Shown here in pieces: positions 27,876 to 38,600 of a stretch of 64,000 nucleotides of DNA. Position numbers and translations under genes: made by a program. This DNA is from Patescibacteria group bacterium. GTDB lineage: Bacteria > Patescibacteriota > Microgenomatia > UBA1400 > MFAQ01. The stretch spans positions 15,410-79,409 of the forward strand of contig CALRDV010000001.1 of NCBI GenBank assembly GCA_943355005.1, in the 5' to 3' direction. How positions within the stretch are numbered: position 1 is the stretch's first letter; each line of letters starts with the position of its first letter. A model generated the notes under the pieces. The model saw only the letters and a list, made by a program, of their open reading frames with translations. It made no database searches and was not told the DNA's origin.

Positions 27876-28631
27876 ATGCTCTACAGTTACCGCAAAGCGA
27901 CTCCGGATAATCCACATCCCGGTAGACGCATTCCTAGATATCTAAAAACAATCCCAACTTTGGTTTCTGCGTTGGGCATGGCTATCTTGGCAGGGGTTGC
28001 TTATCCTGTCGTCAGTTATCAGTTCAAAGATTTTAAATTTTTTGATTCCATGGATTCTGGTCTTCTTTCTCCCGTTTATTATGAATCAAAAGCAAGTGAG
28101 AGCGATGGTCCCATCGTCATTAATGGATTGGATTACACCAAAGCCAGTAGCTGGTTCCCCGGTAGTGTCCAAAATGAATTATTTTCTGTACCCAAGCAAG
28201 CTGTTCCCGAAAATGCTCCCAGTCTTTACACAATTTCTATTCCTTCTTTAGGAATTTTTGACGCCGAAGTTGCTCTTAGAGACGAAGACCTTATAAAGCA
28301 TTTAGTTCAGTATCCTCAAACTGCTCTTCCTGGGCAGATTGGAGCGCCTGTCATTTTTGGCCACTCAACCCTTCCTCAGCTTTATGACTCCAAGAATTAT
28401 AAAACTATTTTTTCGACCCTTCCAAAAGTCAAAGAAGGTGCCGATATTTTGGTGAAATATGACAACGTAGAATATACCTACCGTATAAACAAAAAGTTTG
28501 AAGTCAAGCCAAACGAGCTTTGGGTGCTTCGCCAAGACTACTCCAATAAAACAATCAAAGTTATTACCTGCGTCCCACCCGGGACCACCATCCGCCGTCT
28601 CGTAGTCGAAGCCACCCTAATTAAAAATTAA
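27876..28631 (+). CDS. sortase (Cys transpeptidase)
   Basis: N-terminal TM. His in VIFGHST, Cys in KVITCVPPGT (TLxTC), Arg in TTIRRLVVEA. Confidence 0.85.
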   Translation: MLYSYRKATPDNPHPGRRIPRYLKTIPTLVSALGMAILAGVAYPVVSYQFKDFKFFDSMDSGLLSPVYYESKASESDGPIVINGLDYTKASSWFPGSVQNELFSVPKQAVPENAPSLYTISIPSLGIFDAEVALRDEDLIKHLVQYPQTALPGQIGAPVIFGHSTLPQLYDSKNYKTIFSTLPKVKEGADILVKYDNVEYTYRINKKFEVKPNELWVLRQDYSNKTIKVITCVPPGTTIRRLVVEATLIKN

Positions 28632-28636
28632 AAAAT

Positions 28637-29473
28637 ATGAAAACCAAAAAGAAGTCCACACTTTGGGTCGCCTCAGCCGTTCTAGTTATATCGCTTTTTC
28701 TGCTTATTTTTGCAAGTCAAATCCCTCCAAAAAAATCCAGTACCGGTGACGCTCTTTGTCCAGACATCGATTCGTTTGCAGAGAATATAAAAAATAGTCT
28801 AGGTGATAATTACGATATAACTATAAGTGATCCTCCGATTTACGTATCCCAAGTTTTCTTATGGCGAAGAAATAACTCGGAGCCCAAAATTGGCTATCCC
28901 GTTCAACGCTCTCGTACCGTAACTATTTTGTCTCAGAACTCAAAATTGATTTCTTCTTTGTTTGAAAAAGATACAATTAAAGATTTATCAGATTTTGGAT
29001 ATTTATTGCATAGCTTAAACTTTTCGCCTTTTTCAGAATCTGATTTTGTCTCTGGAGGATTGGGAATCTACGGCTTTACCAAAAGGGATCAATATTTTTC
29101 TGTGGAACTCTACGATCAGCCGAATGATGATCGAAGAACTGAAATCTCCGGTACTCTGGTTATCAATTGTGGTGTAGCAAACTCTGAGTACGATCTGCTG
29201 TACGACAAGATCATAAAAACCAAAAAGTACACAACAAACGACACTATCGCCATTTATGAAGTAAAAGATGGAGTTGTAATGCTTAGTGTTGGACTCGTCA
29301 ACTCTGCCGGTGGACATGCCTCCTTTTGGCTGATTACCGACACACAGACAAAACAGTTGATTAAAGGCACCCAAGAAGGACCTATTTGTAGTATTTTTGA
29401 GGATATAAAAGTTGGCAGAGGTTTAGATTGTTTCGACAATAAAACAGAAACTAGTAGGGTCGTCGACTATTAA
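28637..29473 (+). CDS. hypothetical signal-anchored/secreted protein (278 aa)
   Basis: N-terminal hydrophobic anchor. No LPxTG. Confidence 0.55.
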   Translation: MKTKKKSTLWVASAVLVISLFLLIFASQIPPKKSSTGDALCPDIDSFAENIKNSLGDNYDITISDPPIYVSQVFLWRRNNSEPKIGYPVQRSRTVTILSQNSKLISSLFEKDTIKDLSDFGYLLHSLNFSPFSESDFVSGGLGIYGFTKRDQYFSVELYDQPNDDRRTEISGTLVINCGVANSEYDLLYDKIIKTKKYTTNDTIAIYEVKDGVVMLSVGLVNSAGGHASFWLITDTQTKQLIKGTQEGPICSIFEDIKVGRGLDCFDNKTETSRVVDY

Positions 29474-30000
29474 ATTCTGGAGTAAATCCCCGTACTCTGT
29501 CTGACAAAGTTCAGAGTCACTCTTTCCACGGGCATTCCTAACTCTTTGCCATAATTTTCCAGTGAATCAAACCAGTTAATATTGGACTTTATTTCAATAG
29601 GCTCGTCTATAACACAGCAGGGGAATAGGACAAAGTTCTTCTTATATTTATTACACGAATTAATTATTTTTATATTTGACCCGTGAGTATGAAGTCCAAT
29701 TAATAAATCATAATCTTTTGTCATTTCTTCCTGAAAGGGTTCATCAATCCTCTTGACGCTATCCCTATCAGAAATCAACACTCGTTTATCCAGCGAAATA
29801 TCCTTGTATTTTGGGGGTAAAGATTGATGTACCGGATCAATCACTGTTACGTCCCACCCGGCTTGATTAAGTAAGTAGGCAAGCAATCCTTTGCCACCGC
29901 CCACATCGGCCGTTTTACACGGAGCATACGTCTCAGTTAGCCACTTGGCTATGAGCTGAAATCTAAACTGATGAGGATACCTTCGAACTTGCATGGCCAC
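29470..30000 (-). CDS. class I SAM-dependent methyltransferase
   Basis: Motif I DVGGGKGLLAYLL, motif II-like DLLIGLHTHG. Convergent with a 4-bp overlap. Confidence 0.7.
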   Translation of the reverse strand: MAMQVRRYPHQFRFQLIAKWLTETYAPCKTADVGGGKGLLAYLLNQAGWDVTVIDPVHQSLPPKYKDISLDKRVLISDRDSVKRIDEPFQEEMTKDYDLLIGLHTHGSNIKIINSCNKYKKNFVLFPCCVIDEPIEIKSNINWFDSLENYGKELGMPVERVTLNFVRQSTGIYSRI

Positions 30001-30016
30001 TATTTTATATCACTCG

Positions 30017-30116
30017 TCATTGCGAGCGGTAGCGTGGCAATCCAGGTATTGTCATTCCCGACCTGATCGGGAATCCATCCCCTCCAGTCATTCGAGCGGT
30101 AGCGTGGCAATCTACC
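30017..30116 (+). repeat. Cluster of three hairpin-family elements (GTCATTGCGAGCGGTAGCGTGGCAATCCAG / GTCATTCCCGACCTGATCGGGAATC / GTCATTCGAGCGGTAGCGTGGCAATCTACC)
   Basis: Between divergent genes. Copies a and c are ~90% identical. Confidence 0.9.
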
Positions 30117-30122
30117 TGCGAC

Positions 30123-30128
30123 TATAAT
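30123..30128 (+). promoter_or_regulatory. -10 box TATAAT 6 nt upstream of the ruvX ATG (leaderless mRNA), contributed by the repeat flank ...CAATCTACCTGCGACTATAATATCCCC
   Basis: TSS predicted at or next to the A of the ATG at 30135. No SD. Confidence 0.55.
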
Positions 30129-30134
30129 ATCCCC

Positions 30135-30527
30135 ATGCCCATCATTCTCTGTCTCGACCCCGGCACCGCTCACACCGGCATTGCTATCTCCCAAGAGGGG
30201 ATACTCGCCACACCCGTTGCCACTGTCTACGAAAAAGATGTAGACCAGCTAGTCACCAAACTCCTGCCATATTTAAATAAATATAATCCGGACAAAATTG
30301 TCATGGGAGTGCCGGAATATGGTCCCATCGTCAAATTCTCAACGGACCTGAGCGAAAAAATCTACGCGGTTTATCCAAAGGAAATAGTATTCTTCAGAGA
30401 AGACCTCAGCTCTCACACAGCTAGGAATGTGATGAAGGCTCAAGGTAAGACACTTCTGAGGCGCAAGAAAGAAGAACACCAAACCGCCGCCGCCCTCATC
30501 CTCCAAGAATACCTCGACTCTCTCTAG
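30135..30527 (+). CDS. ruvX: YqgF/RuvX-like Holliday-junction resolvase / pre-16S rRNA nuclease
   Basis: ILCLDPGTAHTGIAIS..GILATP. 130 aa. Followed by mltG (conserved yqgF-mltG pairing). Confidence 0.8.
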   Translation: MPIILCLDPGTAHTGIAISQEGILATPVATVYEKDVDQLVTKLLPYLNKYNPDKIVMGVPEYGPIVKFSTDLSEKIYAVYPKEIVFFREDLSSHTARNVMKAQGKTLLRRKKEEHQTAAALILQEYLDSL

Positions 30528-30563
30528 AAATTCCCATTCAGTATAGTTTGATACAATCTAGTT

Positions 30564-30770
30564 ATGTTCAAGAATATAATTGCACCGGTTCAAGCTTGGT
30601 TACTTTCACGAGGCATATGTGTCGGCTGCGGTACACCACTCACTGAAGGCCAAAGTAAATCTTCTCCTAAAGTAAAGGATTGTGATCAAGTCTCCTGTAA
30701 ATGTGGTCGTGTCTTTGTCCACAACCCAAAGACAAACACCTACAGAAGAGCCTTGCTCAGTGAAATATAA
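30564..30770 (+). CDS. small zinc-ribbon-like protein (68 aa)
   Basis: CVGCG ... CKCG Cys pairs. Confidence 0.4.
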   Translation: MFKNIIAPVQAWLLSRGICVGCGTPLTEGQSKSSPKVKDCDQVSCKCGRVFVHNPKTNTYRRALLSEI

Positions 30771-30787
30771 AAAAAATAATTTGAGGT

Positions 30788-31774
30788 ATGTTTAAAAGAC
30801 TATTTACCGCTCTAACCATTCTTGGCATCCTCTTTTTCGCTTGGTACTTCCAGTCTATTCAGCCAGTAACCCGCCTTGATGTGCCCGTTATGGATTTTGA
30901 GATTCAAACCGGTTCCCGTACAGATAAGATTGCCAACGACTTAAGTTCTGCTCGCTTAATCAGGTCTAGAGTCGCCTTTAAACTTACCGTCATCCGAATG
31001 GGTATCGCAAATCGAATCCAGGCCGGCTACTTCAAGTTATCGCCGAGTATGAGCACCACTGAGCTTGCCGAAACTCTCACCCATGCCTATGCCAAACAAG
31101 TCCGTGTCACCATCCCTGAGGGTCTAAGAAGTGAAGAGATAAACTCTATTTTAGAAAAATCATTTGGCCAAGTAAAAGATAATCAATATAATTCTGCCGA
31201 TTTTGCCCAGCTTACCAAGGGTCAGGATGGAAATTTATTTCCCGATACTTATGATTTTTCACCCAAGACAACAGCTAGTACAGTTATCAGTCGAATGCAG
31301 TCACGTTTTCATGACGTAATTGTCGATTTGGGCATTATGGAGGATCAGCTTTCCAAAACAATGATAATTGCTTCACTTCTCGAGAGGGAGGCTGCCAATT
31401 CATCAGAAATGCCACTGGTTGCCGGTGTTATAAAAAACCGTCTCGAAATCGGGATGGGTTTGCAAATAGACGCCACTGTTCAATATGCTTTGGGCAGTCA
31501 GCAGTGCAAAAAACTCGATTGTGAGTGGTGGAAAAAGAATTTGACCAGGGAAGATTTAAAGTTGAACTCTCCATTTAATACATATCTGCATGTAGGACTT
31601 CCCCCGGCACCCATTTCAAACCCCGGTAAGGATGCTTTATCTGCTGCCAAAAATCCGGCCAAAACCACTGCAATTTACTACTTGCACGATACCAGTGGCA
31701 AGATTCATCTAGCCGATACTCTCGAACAGCACAACCAGAACGTCTGCACCTACCTCAAAAAAGACTGCAAATAA
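30788..31774 (+). CDS. mltG: endolytic murein transglycosylase MltG (YceG family)
   Basis: N-terminal TM, ...LLEREAANSSEMPLVAGVIKNRLEIGMGLQIDATVQYAL..., FNTYLHVGLPPAPISNPG. Confidence 0.85.
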   Translation: MFKRLFTALTILGILFFAWYFQSIQPVTRLDVPVMDFEIQTGSRTDKIANDLSSARLIRSRVAFKLTVIRMGIANRIQAGYFKLSPSMSTTELAETLTHAYAKQVRVTIPEGLRSEEINSILEKSFGQVKDNQYNSADFAQLTKGQDGNLFPDTYDFSPKTTASTVISRMQSRFHDVIVDLGIMEDQLSKTMIIASLLEREAANSSEMPLVAGVIKNRLEIGMGLQIDATVQYALGSQQCKKLDCEWWKKNLTREDLKLNSPFNTYLHVGLPPAPISNPGKDALSAAKNPAKTTAIYYLHDTSGKIHLADTLEQHNQNVCTYLKKDCK

Positions 31775-31780
31775 AAAAAT

Positions 31781-31808
31781 AAGCAGCACAATGCTGCTTA
31801 TTATTTAT
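31781..31808 (+). terminator. Rho-independent terminator after mltG
   Basis: AAGCAGC-acaat-GCTGCTT + ATTATTTAT. Confidence 0.75.
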
Positions 31809-32051
31809 GACTTCTTTGAAGCTTCTCGCGTGCAAATTCCACAAAATCAGGTGTACATATTAGCAGCGTCAATACAATTAAAGCTGCTATTGGATCAATA
31901 CCCTTGGCTACAAAAAAAAGGACAACACTGGTTTGTCAAAGACAAACATCAGCACCATCCCGGTTCTAAGGATAATTGATAACCAAAAACGATGTTTTTT
32001 ACTCAAAGTAACCTCCTATGGTCCAATCGTCCGATTATACCAAACTCCGAG

Positions 32052-32080
32052 TTGACACACGCGTAATCAGCCATTATACT
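32052..32080 (+). promoter_or_regulatory. sigma70-type promoter TTGACA-N17-TATACT upstream of rpoB
   Basis: Perfect -35 (32052-32057), 17-bp spacer, -10 TATACT (32075-32080). ~95-nt leader to the rpoB ATG at 32179. Confidence 0.65.
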
Positions 32081-32178
32081 TACAGAACTGCTTGAAACTT
32101 GGCTGGGCCTTTTGCCAGTCAGGTTTTTGTATGTTGTCCATTGTTATTTACTCCTGCCTAAAAATTCAAAAAAACCGG

Positions 32179-35100
32179 ATGATTAAACAAAAAAAACGCG
32201 AAGATTGGGGTAACATTACCTCAAAGTTACCAGAATCTAACTTAGCCAAAACTCAGCTAGACTCATACAAACAATTTCTCGAAGAAGGCATCCGTGAATC
32301 ACTACTAGAACTTAACCCCATCAGAGACTTTACCGGTAAGGTTTTTGAATTCGAATTTTTAAGTAATCGTGTTGGACTTCCTAAGTTCTCCCCCAAGCTC
32401 GCCATCGAAAAAGGTGTTACTTTTGAAGCTCCTCTTTGGGCTACCGTCAAACTTACCAACCTCCACACCAAAGCCACTCAACAGCAAGAAATTTTCCTTG
32501 GGGATATTCCCATGATGACCTCCATTGGTACTTTTATCATCAATGGTGTTGAGCGCGTCGTCGTCAACCAGCTCGTCCGTTCTCCGGGAGCCTACTTTAC
32601 CCGTGAAGTCGATCCGCACTCCGGTCGAGCTCTTCACCAGGCCGAAGTTCGTCCCATGCGAGGTTCCTGGCTCGAATTTATCGTTAGTCGCAATGACTAT
32701 ATTTCCGTCCGCATCGACCGTCACCGCAAAGTTTCCGCTACCACCCTTATCCGCGCCCTCGGCTACTCGACCAACGAAGAGATTTTGGCTTTATTTGCCG
32801 ATGTTGATACCGACAAAGAACACCGATACATCGCTTCTACTTTACTAAAAGACAACAGTACTACTACCGAAGAAGCTATTCTCGATTTCTACCAGAAAGT
32901 TCGTCCGGGAGAGCCTGCTGTTTTAGATAACGCCAAAGCTCTGCTTCATCAGATGTTTTTTGATGCCCGTCGCTACAATTTAGGCTTAGTCGGTCGCTAC
33001 AAGATGAACCGCAAGCTCAGTATCTCTACTCCGATAGACAAACAGCACATCACTTTAAGTAACGATGACTTCATTGGTTCTATCAAATATTTAATTGGTT
33101 TACAAAATGGATTGGGAAAAGTCGACGATATTGATCACTTGGCCAACCGCCGTCTTCGCTGTGTTGGTGAGCTGGTAAATCAGACCTCATTCAAAGCCGG
33201 GCTTCTACGTTTAGAGCGCTCTATCAAGGAAAAAATGTCATTGGCTAAGCCGGACGAGCTTCCAACGCCCGCCGCTTTCGTAAATCCTAGACCTATTATT
33301 TCTGCCATTACTGAATTCTTCCGCCGAAATAGACTTTCTTCCATCTTGGATCAAGTCAATCCTCTCTCTGAGGTCGACAACTTAAGACGTATTTCCGTTA
33401 TGGGACCTGGTGGCATTACTCGAGAGCGCGCCAGTTTCTCCATGCGTGATATTCATTCTTCTCAATACTCCCGTATCTGTCCGGTTAGAAGTCCTGAGGG
33501 TCCAAACATTGGTTTGGTTACTTATCTGGCTCTCTATTCTCAAATTAATCCTTACGGTTTCTTGGAAGCTCCTTATCTCAGAGTCACCAAAGTCGAAAAA
33601 GGTGGCAAGACTACCTTTAAGATCGGTGATGAAGTTGTTTATCTAGCCGCTGATGATGAAGAAGATGCTTACATTACCCACGCCGGTATTGGCCGAGATG
33701 GTGATGTCATTACTCAGGCCTGGGTTCCTGTCCGCTATCGTGGTAAATTCAGTGAAGTTGATATTGATAAAGTTCAATACATCGACGTAATTCCAAGACA
33801 GGTCATTGGTACTTCTGCAGCCTTAATTCCTTTTGTTCAGCAAGACGAAGGTACTCGTGCTCTCATGGGTACCCACCATCTTACTCAAGCCCTTCCTTTG
33901 GTCAGACCTGAAGCTCCTATTGTTGGTACTGGTATGGAAGATGTCACAGCTCGAGGCATGGGTTGGGTTGTTAGTTCTGCTTTCGACGGAGAAGTTATCT
34001 CTGTAGACGGTAATCACATCAGTCTTAAGCTTTCAGCCAAAGACGCTGCTACCGCTGTTCACGAGATTTCCCCTTACGACTACGGTTTTGTCGAACTAAA
34101 CAAAGATATTGTTACTTACAATCTACGTAAATATCACAACTCTTCCCAAGATACCTGTTACAACCAGCATCCTATGGTCGACGTCGGAGATAAAATCCAC
34201 AAAGGTGATGTCATCATCAATGGACCTGCTTCCGAAAATGGCGAACTGGCACTCGGTCAAAATCTTTTAATTGCCTACGCCGCTTTTGAAGGTCTTGGTT
34301 ACGAAGATGCTATCGTCGTTTCCGATCGCTGTGTCCGCGAAGATCTTTTATCTTCTGTGCATATTCATGAACACACTTGTGATGTCATGGACACCAAACT
34401 CGGTGCCGAAGAACTTACTCGAGATATCCCGAATGTTGCTGAAGCCGATCTGAGAAATCTAGGTCAAGACGGTGTTATCGCTATTGGCTCAGTCGTAGGA
34501 CCCAATGATATTCTTATCGGTAAAATCGCTCCTAAGGGAGAGACAGAGCTCACTGCCGAAGAAAGACTCTTGAGAGCTATCTTTGGAGAGAAAGCCCGCG
34601 AAGTTCGAGATACCTCACTACGTATGCCTCATGGTGACCAAGGTGTCGTCGTTTCTGTCCGCATGCTCAGTCGAGAAGCCGGGGACGAGCTTGATGCAGG
34701 TGTCATTACCCAAATCAAGATCAAAGTCGCTCAGCTCCGCAAAATCACTGTCGGTGATAAAGTAGCCGGACGTCATGGTAACAAAGGTGTTATCTCCAAG
34801 ATCGTTTCCGATGCTGACATGCCTCACTTGGCCGATGGACGCCCAATTGACATCATCATTTCCCCACTTTCGGTTCTGGCTCGTATGAACTTAGGTCAGC
34901 TCTTGGAAGCTCAGCTGGCTTTAGCCGGTGAGAAGCTAAATCGCCGCTACTCTGTTCCTGTCTTTGAAAACGTTTCCGAAGAGCAAATTGCCGCCGAGCT
35001 TACCTCAGCCGGTCTTCCTATCACAGGCAAGGCCCAGCTCTTTGATGGACGCACAGGTGAACCTTTCGACCAAGAAACTGCCGTTGGCGTCGGTTACATC

Positions 35101-35628
35101 ATCAAGCTCAATCACATGGTTGAGGACAAGACCCATGCCCGCTCAATTGGACCTTACAGTTTAGTTACCCAGCAGCCTCTTGGAGGCAAGGCTCAAATGG
35201 GAGGTCAGCGTTTGGGAGAAATGGAAGTTTGGGCTCTCGAAGCACACAAAGCCGCCTACTCACTCCAGGAAATGCTTACGCTTAAATCAGACGACGTCGT
35301 GGGACGTTCCAAAGCTTTTGAAGCCATTGTAAAGGGTGAAACCATCCCAATGTCCTCAATTCCTGAATCTTTCAAGGTTTTGGTCAAGGAGTTAAATTCA
35401 CTTTGTCTAGCCGTCGTTCCTACCGGACAAGTCATAGCCGCTGTTGAAGAGCCGATGCCGGTCAAACCCGAAATCGCCGCTGAGATTGACGCCGCTACTT
35501 CGATGTCAGACGAACTCAAAGCTTCTACTTTTGAAGAAGAAGACGAGAATGGTGAAGAAATCGTCGAAGAGATGACTGAGGAATCAGCCGAAGCAGGAGA
35601 TTTAGCACCGGATTTAGAAAATCAGTAA
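32179..35628 (+). CDS. rpoB: DNA-directed RNA polymerase subunit beta
   Basis: MIKQKKREDWG... onward. Conserved blocks throughout. Start chosen at the internal Met of the longer ORF. Confidence 0.95.
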   Translation: MIKQKKREDWGNITSKLPESNLAKTQLDSYKQFLEEGIRESLLELNPIRDFTGKVFEFEFLSNRVGLPKFSPKLAIEKGVTFEAPLWATVKLTNLHTKATQQQEIFLGDIPMMTSIGTFIINGVERVVVNQLVRSPGAYFTREVDPHSGRALHQAEVRPMRGSWLEFIVSRNDYISVRIDRHRKVSATTLIRALGYSTNEEILALFADVDTDKEHRYIASTLLKDNSTTTEEAILDFYQKVRPGEPAVLDNAKALLHQMFFDARRYNLGLVGRYKMNRKLSISTPIDKQHITLSNDDFIGSIKYLIGLQNGLGKVDDIDHLANRRLRCVGELVNQTSFKAGLLRLERSIKEKMSLAKPDELPTPAAFVNPRPIISAITEFFRRNRLSSILDQVNPLSEVDNLRRISVMGPGGITRERASFSMRDIHSSQYSRICPVRSPEGPNIGLVTYLALYSQINPYGFLEAPYLRVTKVEKGGKTTFKIGDEVVYLAADDEEDAYITHAGIGRDGDVITQAWVPVRYRGKFSEVDIDKVQYIDVIPRQVIGTSAALIPFVQQDEGTRALMGTHHLTQALPLVRPEAPIVGTGMEDVTARGMGWVVSSAFDGEVISVDGNHISLKLSAKDAATAVHEISPYDYGFVELNKDIVTYNLRKYHNSSQDTCYNQHPMVDVGDKIHKGDVIINGPASENGELALGQNLLIAYAAFEGLGYEDAIVVSDRCVREDLLSSVHIHEHTCDVMDTKLGAEELTRDIPNVAEADLRNLGQDGVIAIGSVVGPNDILIGKIAPKGETELTAEERLLRAIFGEKAREVRDTSLRMPHGDQGVVVSVRMLSREAGDELDAGVITQIKIKVAQLRKITVGDKVAGRHGNKGVISKIVSDADMPHLADGRPIDIIISPLSVLARMNLGQLLEAQLALAGEKLNRRYSVPVFENVSEEQIAAELTSAGLPITGKAQLFDGRTGEPFDQETAVGVGYIIKLNHMVEDKTHARSIGPYSLVTQQPLGGKAQMGGQRLGEMEVWALEAHKAAYSLQEMLTLKSDDVVGRSKAFEAIVKGETIPMSSIPESFKVLVKELNSLCLAVVPTGQVIAAVEEPMPVKPEIAAEIDAATSMSDELKASTFEEEDENGEEIVEEMTEESAEAGDLAPDLENQ

Positions 35629-35642
35629 TCATATTAACCACT

Positions 35643-35667
35643 GTCATTCCCGACCTGATCGGGAACC
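35643..35667 (+). repeat. Hairpin repeat GTCATTCCCGACCTGATCGGGAACC + TATACAAAT, 28 bp upstream of rpoC
   Basis: Same family. Confidence 0.9.
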
Positions 35668-35695
35668 TATACAAATAACCTAACAACACCCAAAC

Positions 35696-38600
35696 ATGAA
35701 CAACATTGTCGATTTCTCAGGTTTGCAGATCAGACTCGCCAGTCCCGAGGATATTCGTAGCTGGTCATATGGTCTGGTAACCAAGCCGGAAACTATTAAC
35801 TACCGTACACAGAAACCTGAAAAAGATGGTTTGTTCTGCGAGCGCATTTTCGGACCTACCAAGGACTGGGAATGTTACTGCGGCAAATACAAACGAGTCC
35901 GTTTCAAAGGTATTGTTTGTGACAAGTGTGGAGTCGAAGTTACCCTTAGTCGTGTCCGCCGAGAACGCATGGGTCACATCGAACTTTCTGCTCCGGTTGC
36001 TCATGTTTGGTTCTTTAAAGGTGCTCCGAGCAAGCTTTCTCTTCTCTTGGATATTTCTCCCAAAGCTCTTACCTCAGTCATTTACTTCAGTAAATACTTA
36101 GTCATGGGTGTCAACGAAGAAGGTCGCGAAGTTGCCTTGGAAAACGTCAAGACTCAAATGGAAACCAAGATGAATGATGTTCGTACCAATTTTGACAAAC
36201 AAATTGAGGACATTAAGTCTCAAGGAGAAAAAGAAGTTGCTGACATCAAAAAGAAAGTTAAAGTCAAAGATGAGCTAGAACTAAAAACAGAAGATATTAA
36301 AGTTCAATATAAACAAAAAGTCGCTTCACTCCGTGAACAAATGGTTGTTGAGTTGGCTTTTACCGAAGAAATCTACGGCAAGCTCGGTACCTTGGTAGAA
36401 AAAATTCAAGTGAACTCTCTCGTCTCCGATTCCGAATTTGCCAAGTTGGAGGAATACAGACTTACCGATTGGATTGAAGCCGGCATGGGCTCCGAAGCTT
36501 TACTAGAGGCCCTTGGAAAAGTTAATCTCGAAGAGTTGGCAGCCAAGCTCAAAGTTGATCTTAATAGTCCCTCTGAAGCCAAGAAGCTTCGTGCTACCAA
36601 ACGACTTCAAGTCGTCCGTGGTTTAGCCGATTCCAAAATTAAACCTGAATGGATGATTGTGAAGACTCTTCCTGTAATCCCCCCAGATCTCCGTCCTATG
36701 GTTCAGCTTTCCGGTGGCCGTTTCGCCGCCTCTGACCTAAATGATCTTTATCGCCGTGTCATCAACCGCAACAATCGTCTAAAACATCTTATCGATCTTG
36801 GTGCTCCTGAGATTATTTTGAGAAATGAAAAACGCATGCTTCAAGAAGCTGTCGATTCTTTGATCGATTCTTCCCAAGCCCGTTCCACTCGCAGATCCAG
36901 AACCGGTAAAACTCTTAAATCTCTCTCGGACATGCTTCGAGGCAAACAAGGACGTTTCCGCCAAAATCTTCTTGGAAAACGCGTTGACTACTCCGGTCGT
37001 TCCGTTATCGTCGTCGGACCCGAGCTTAAACTTAATCAATGTGGTCTTCCGAAAGATATGGCTCTTGAAATGTTCAAACCATTCGTTCTTCACGAGCTTA
37101 TAAAGCAGGACATGGCTCCCAATGTTAAAGCCGCCAAAGCTTTAATTGAAAAGAGACAGCCCGAAGTTTTCGATATTCTCGAAAAAATCACCAAGAAGCA
37201 TCCTGTTCTTCTAAACCGCGCTCCGACCCTACACAAACTTTCTATTCAAGCTTTCTGGCCAGTTCTTGTCGACGGCGCTGCTATTAGATTGCATCCGGTT
37301 GTCTGTGGAGGTTTCAATGCTGACTTCGATGGAGATCAGATGGCTGTTCACGTCCCGCTTACCAAGAAAGCCATTATGGAAGCCAAGAAACACATGCTTC
37401 CTATGTACAACTTGGTCAAGCCTTCAGCCGGTAATCCTGTCTCCATTCCGGATTCCAAAGAAATGGCTATCGGTGTTTACTACTTAACTTCCATCGACAC
37501 CAAGCTATCCATGTACCCGAGTCCATTCTCTTCACCCACCGAAGCCATTACGGCTCATGGTGCCGGTCTTTTGAATGCTCGTCAGCCCATCATGGTTCGC
37601 ATGCTCCCAACCGATACCAAATTATTCGAAACGACTGTTGGTCGTATTATCTTCAATAAAATCCTTCCTAAGAAGTGGGGTTTTGTGAACCACAATCTTC
37701 CTCGTAAAGAAATCTCCGCCATGTTCCATCGCGCTATTAAAGAGCTCGATTTACGACGTGTTGTTAGATTAATCGACGCTGTCAAAGATATTGGTTTTGA
37801 TTACTCCACTACTTCCGGTCTGTCTTTCGCTATCTCCGATAACGAAATGTATTCAGGCAAAGATGCTTTCATCGAAGCAGGAAACGTCAAGGCAAAAGAA
37901 ATCGAAGAAAACTACAACTCAGGTCTAATCACCAACGAAGAAAGACGTAAGCTGACTATCCAAATGTGGATGGACACTGCCGATGAGCTCGCTGAACTAA
38001 CCTGGCAAGAATTCTCCGAAGATAATCCGGTCCGCTTGATTATCGACACAGGCATGGGACGTATTACGAAGAACACCATCAAACAGCTCTCTGCTATGAG
38101 AGGTATCGGTGTGGATCCTCTCGGTAACATGGTCGAATTACCTACCAAAGGAAACTTCCGCCAAGGACTTTCTATCTTCGAATATGTAAACTCAATTCGA
38201 GGTTCCAGAAAAGGTCTTACTGATACTGCTCTTCGTACCGCTGATGCGGGTTACCTTACTCGTCGCTTAGTCGATGTCAGTCATGATGCTATTTTGAGAG
38301 CCGAAGACTGCGGAACCGACGAATTTGTAACCATCGCTGTCGATGATAGTCGTGGCAAAATCTTCGAAAAGAGAATTAATTCTCGCTACGCCGCCAAGAA
38401 AGTCATGAATCCTGAAACTCACAAGATGATTGTCGATGCCGGTGAAGTAATTACCGAAGAAATCGCCGCCGAAATCACCAAAGTAGGTGTCAAAGAAGTC
38501 GAAGTCCGCTCACCTCTTACTTGTAAGATGAGATTTGGTCTTTGTATCAAGTGTTACGGCAACAGTATGGCCTCAAACGCTCCCGCTGTTATCGGAGACC

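Noticed and set aside
31791-31979. 62-aa ORF after mltG
   Set aside because: Starts inside the mltG terminator hairpin. No translation signals.
32092-32178. N-terminal extension of the rpoB ORF (MKLGWAFCQSGFC...)
   Set aside because: Hydrophobic and Cys-rich, unlike RpoB. The conserved N-terminus begins at the internal Met 32179. The promoter/leader explains the upstream region.
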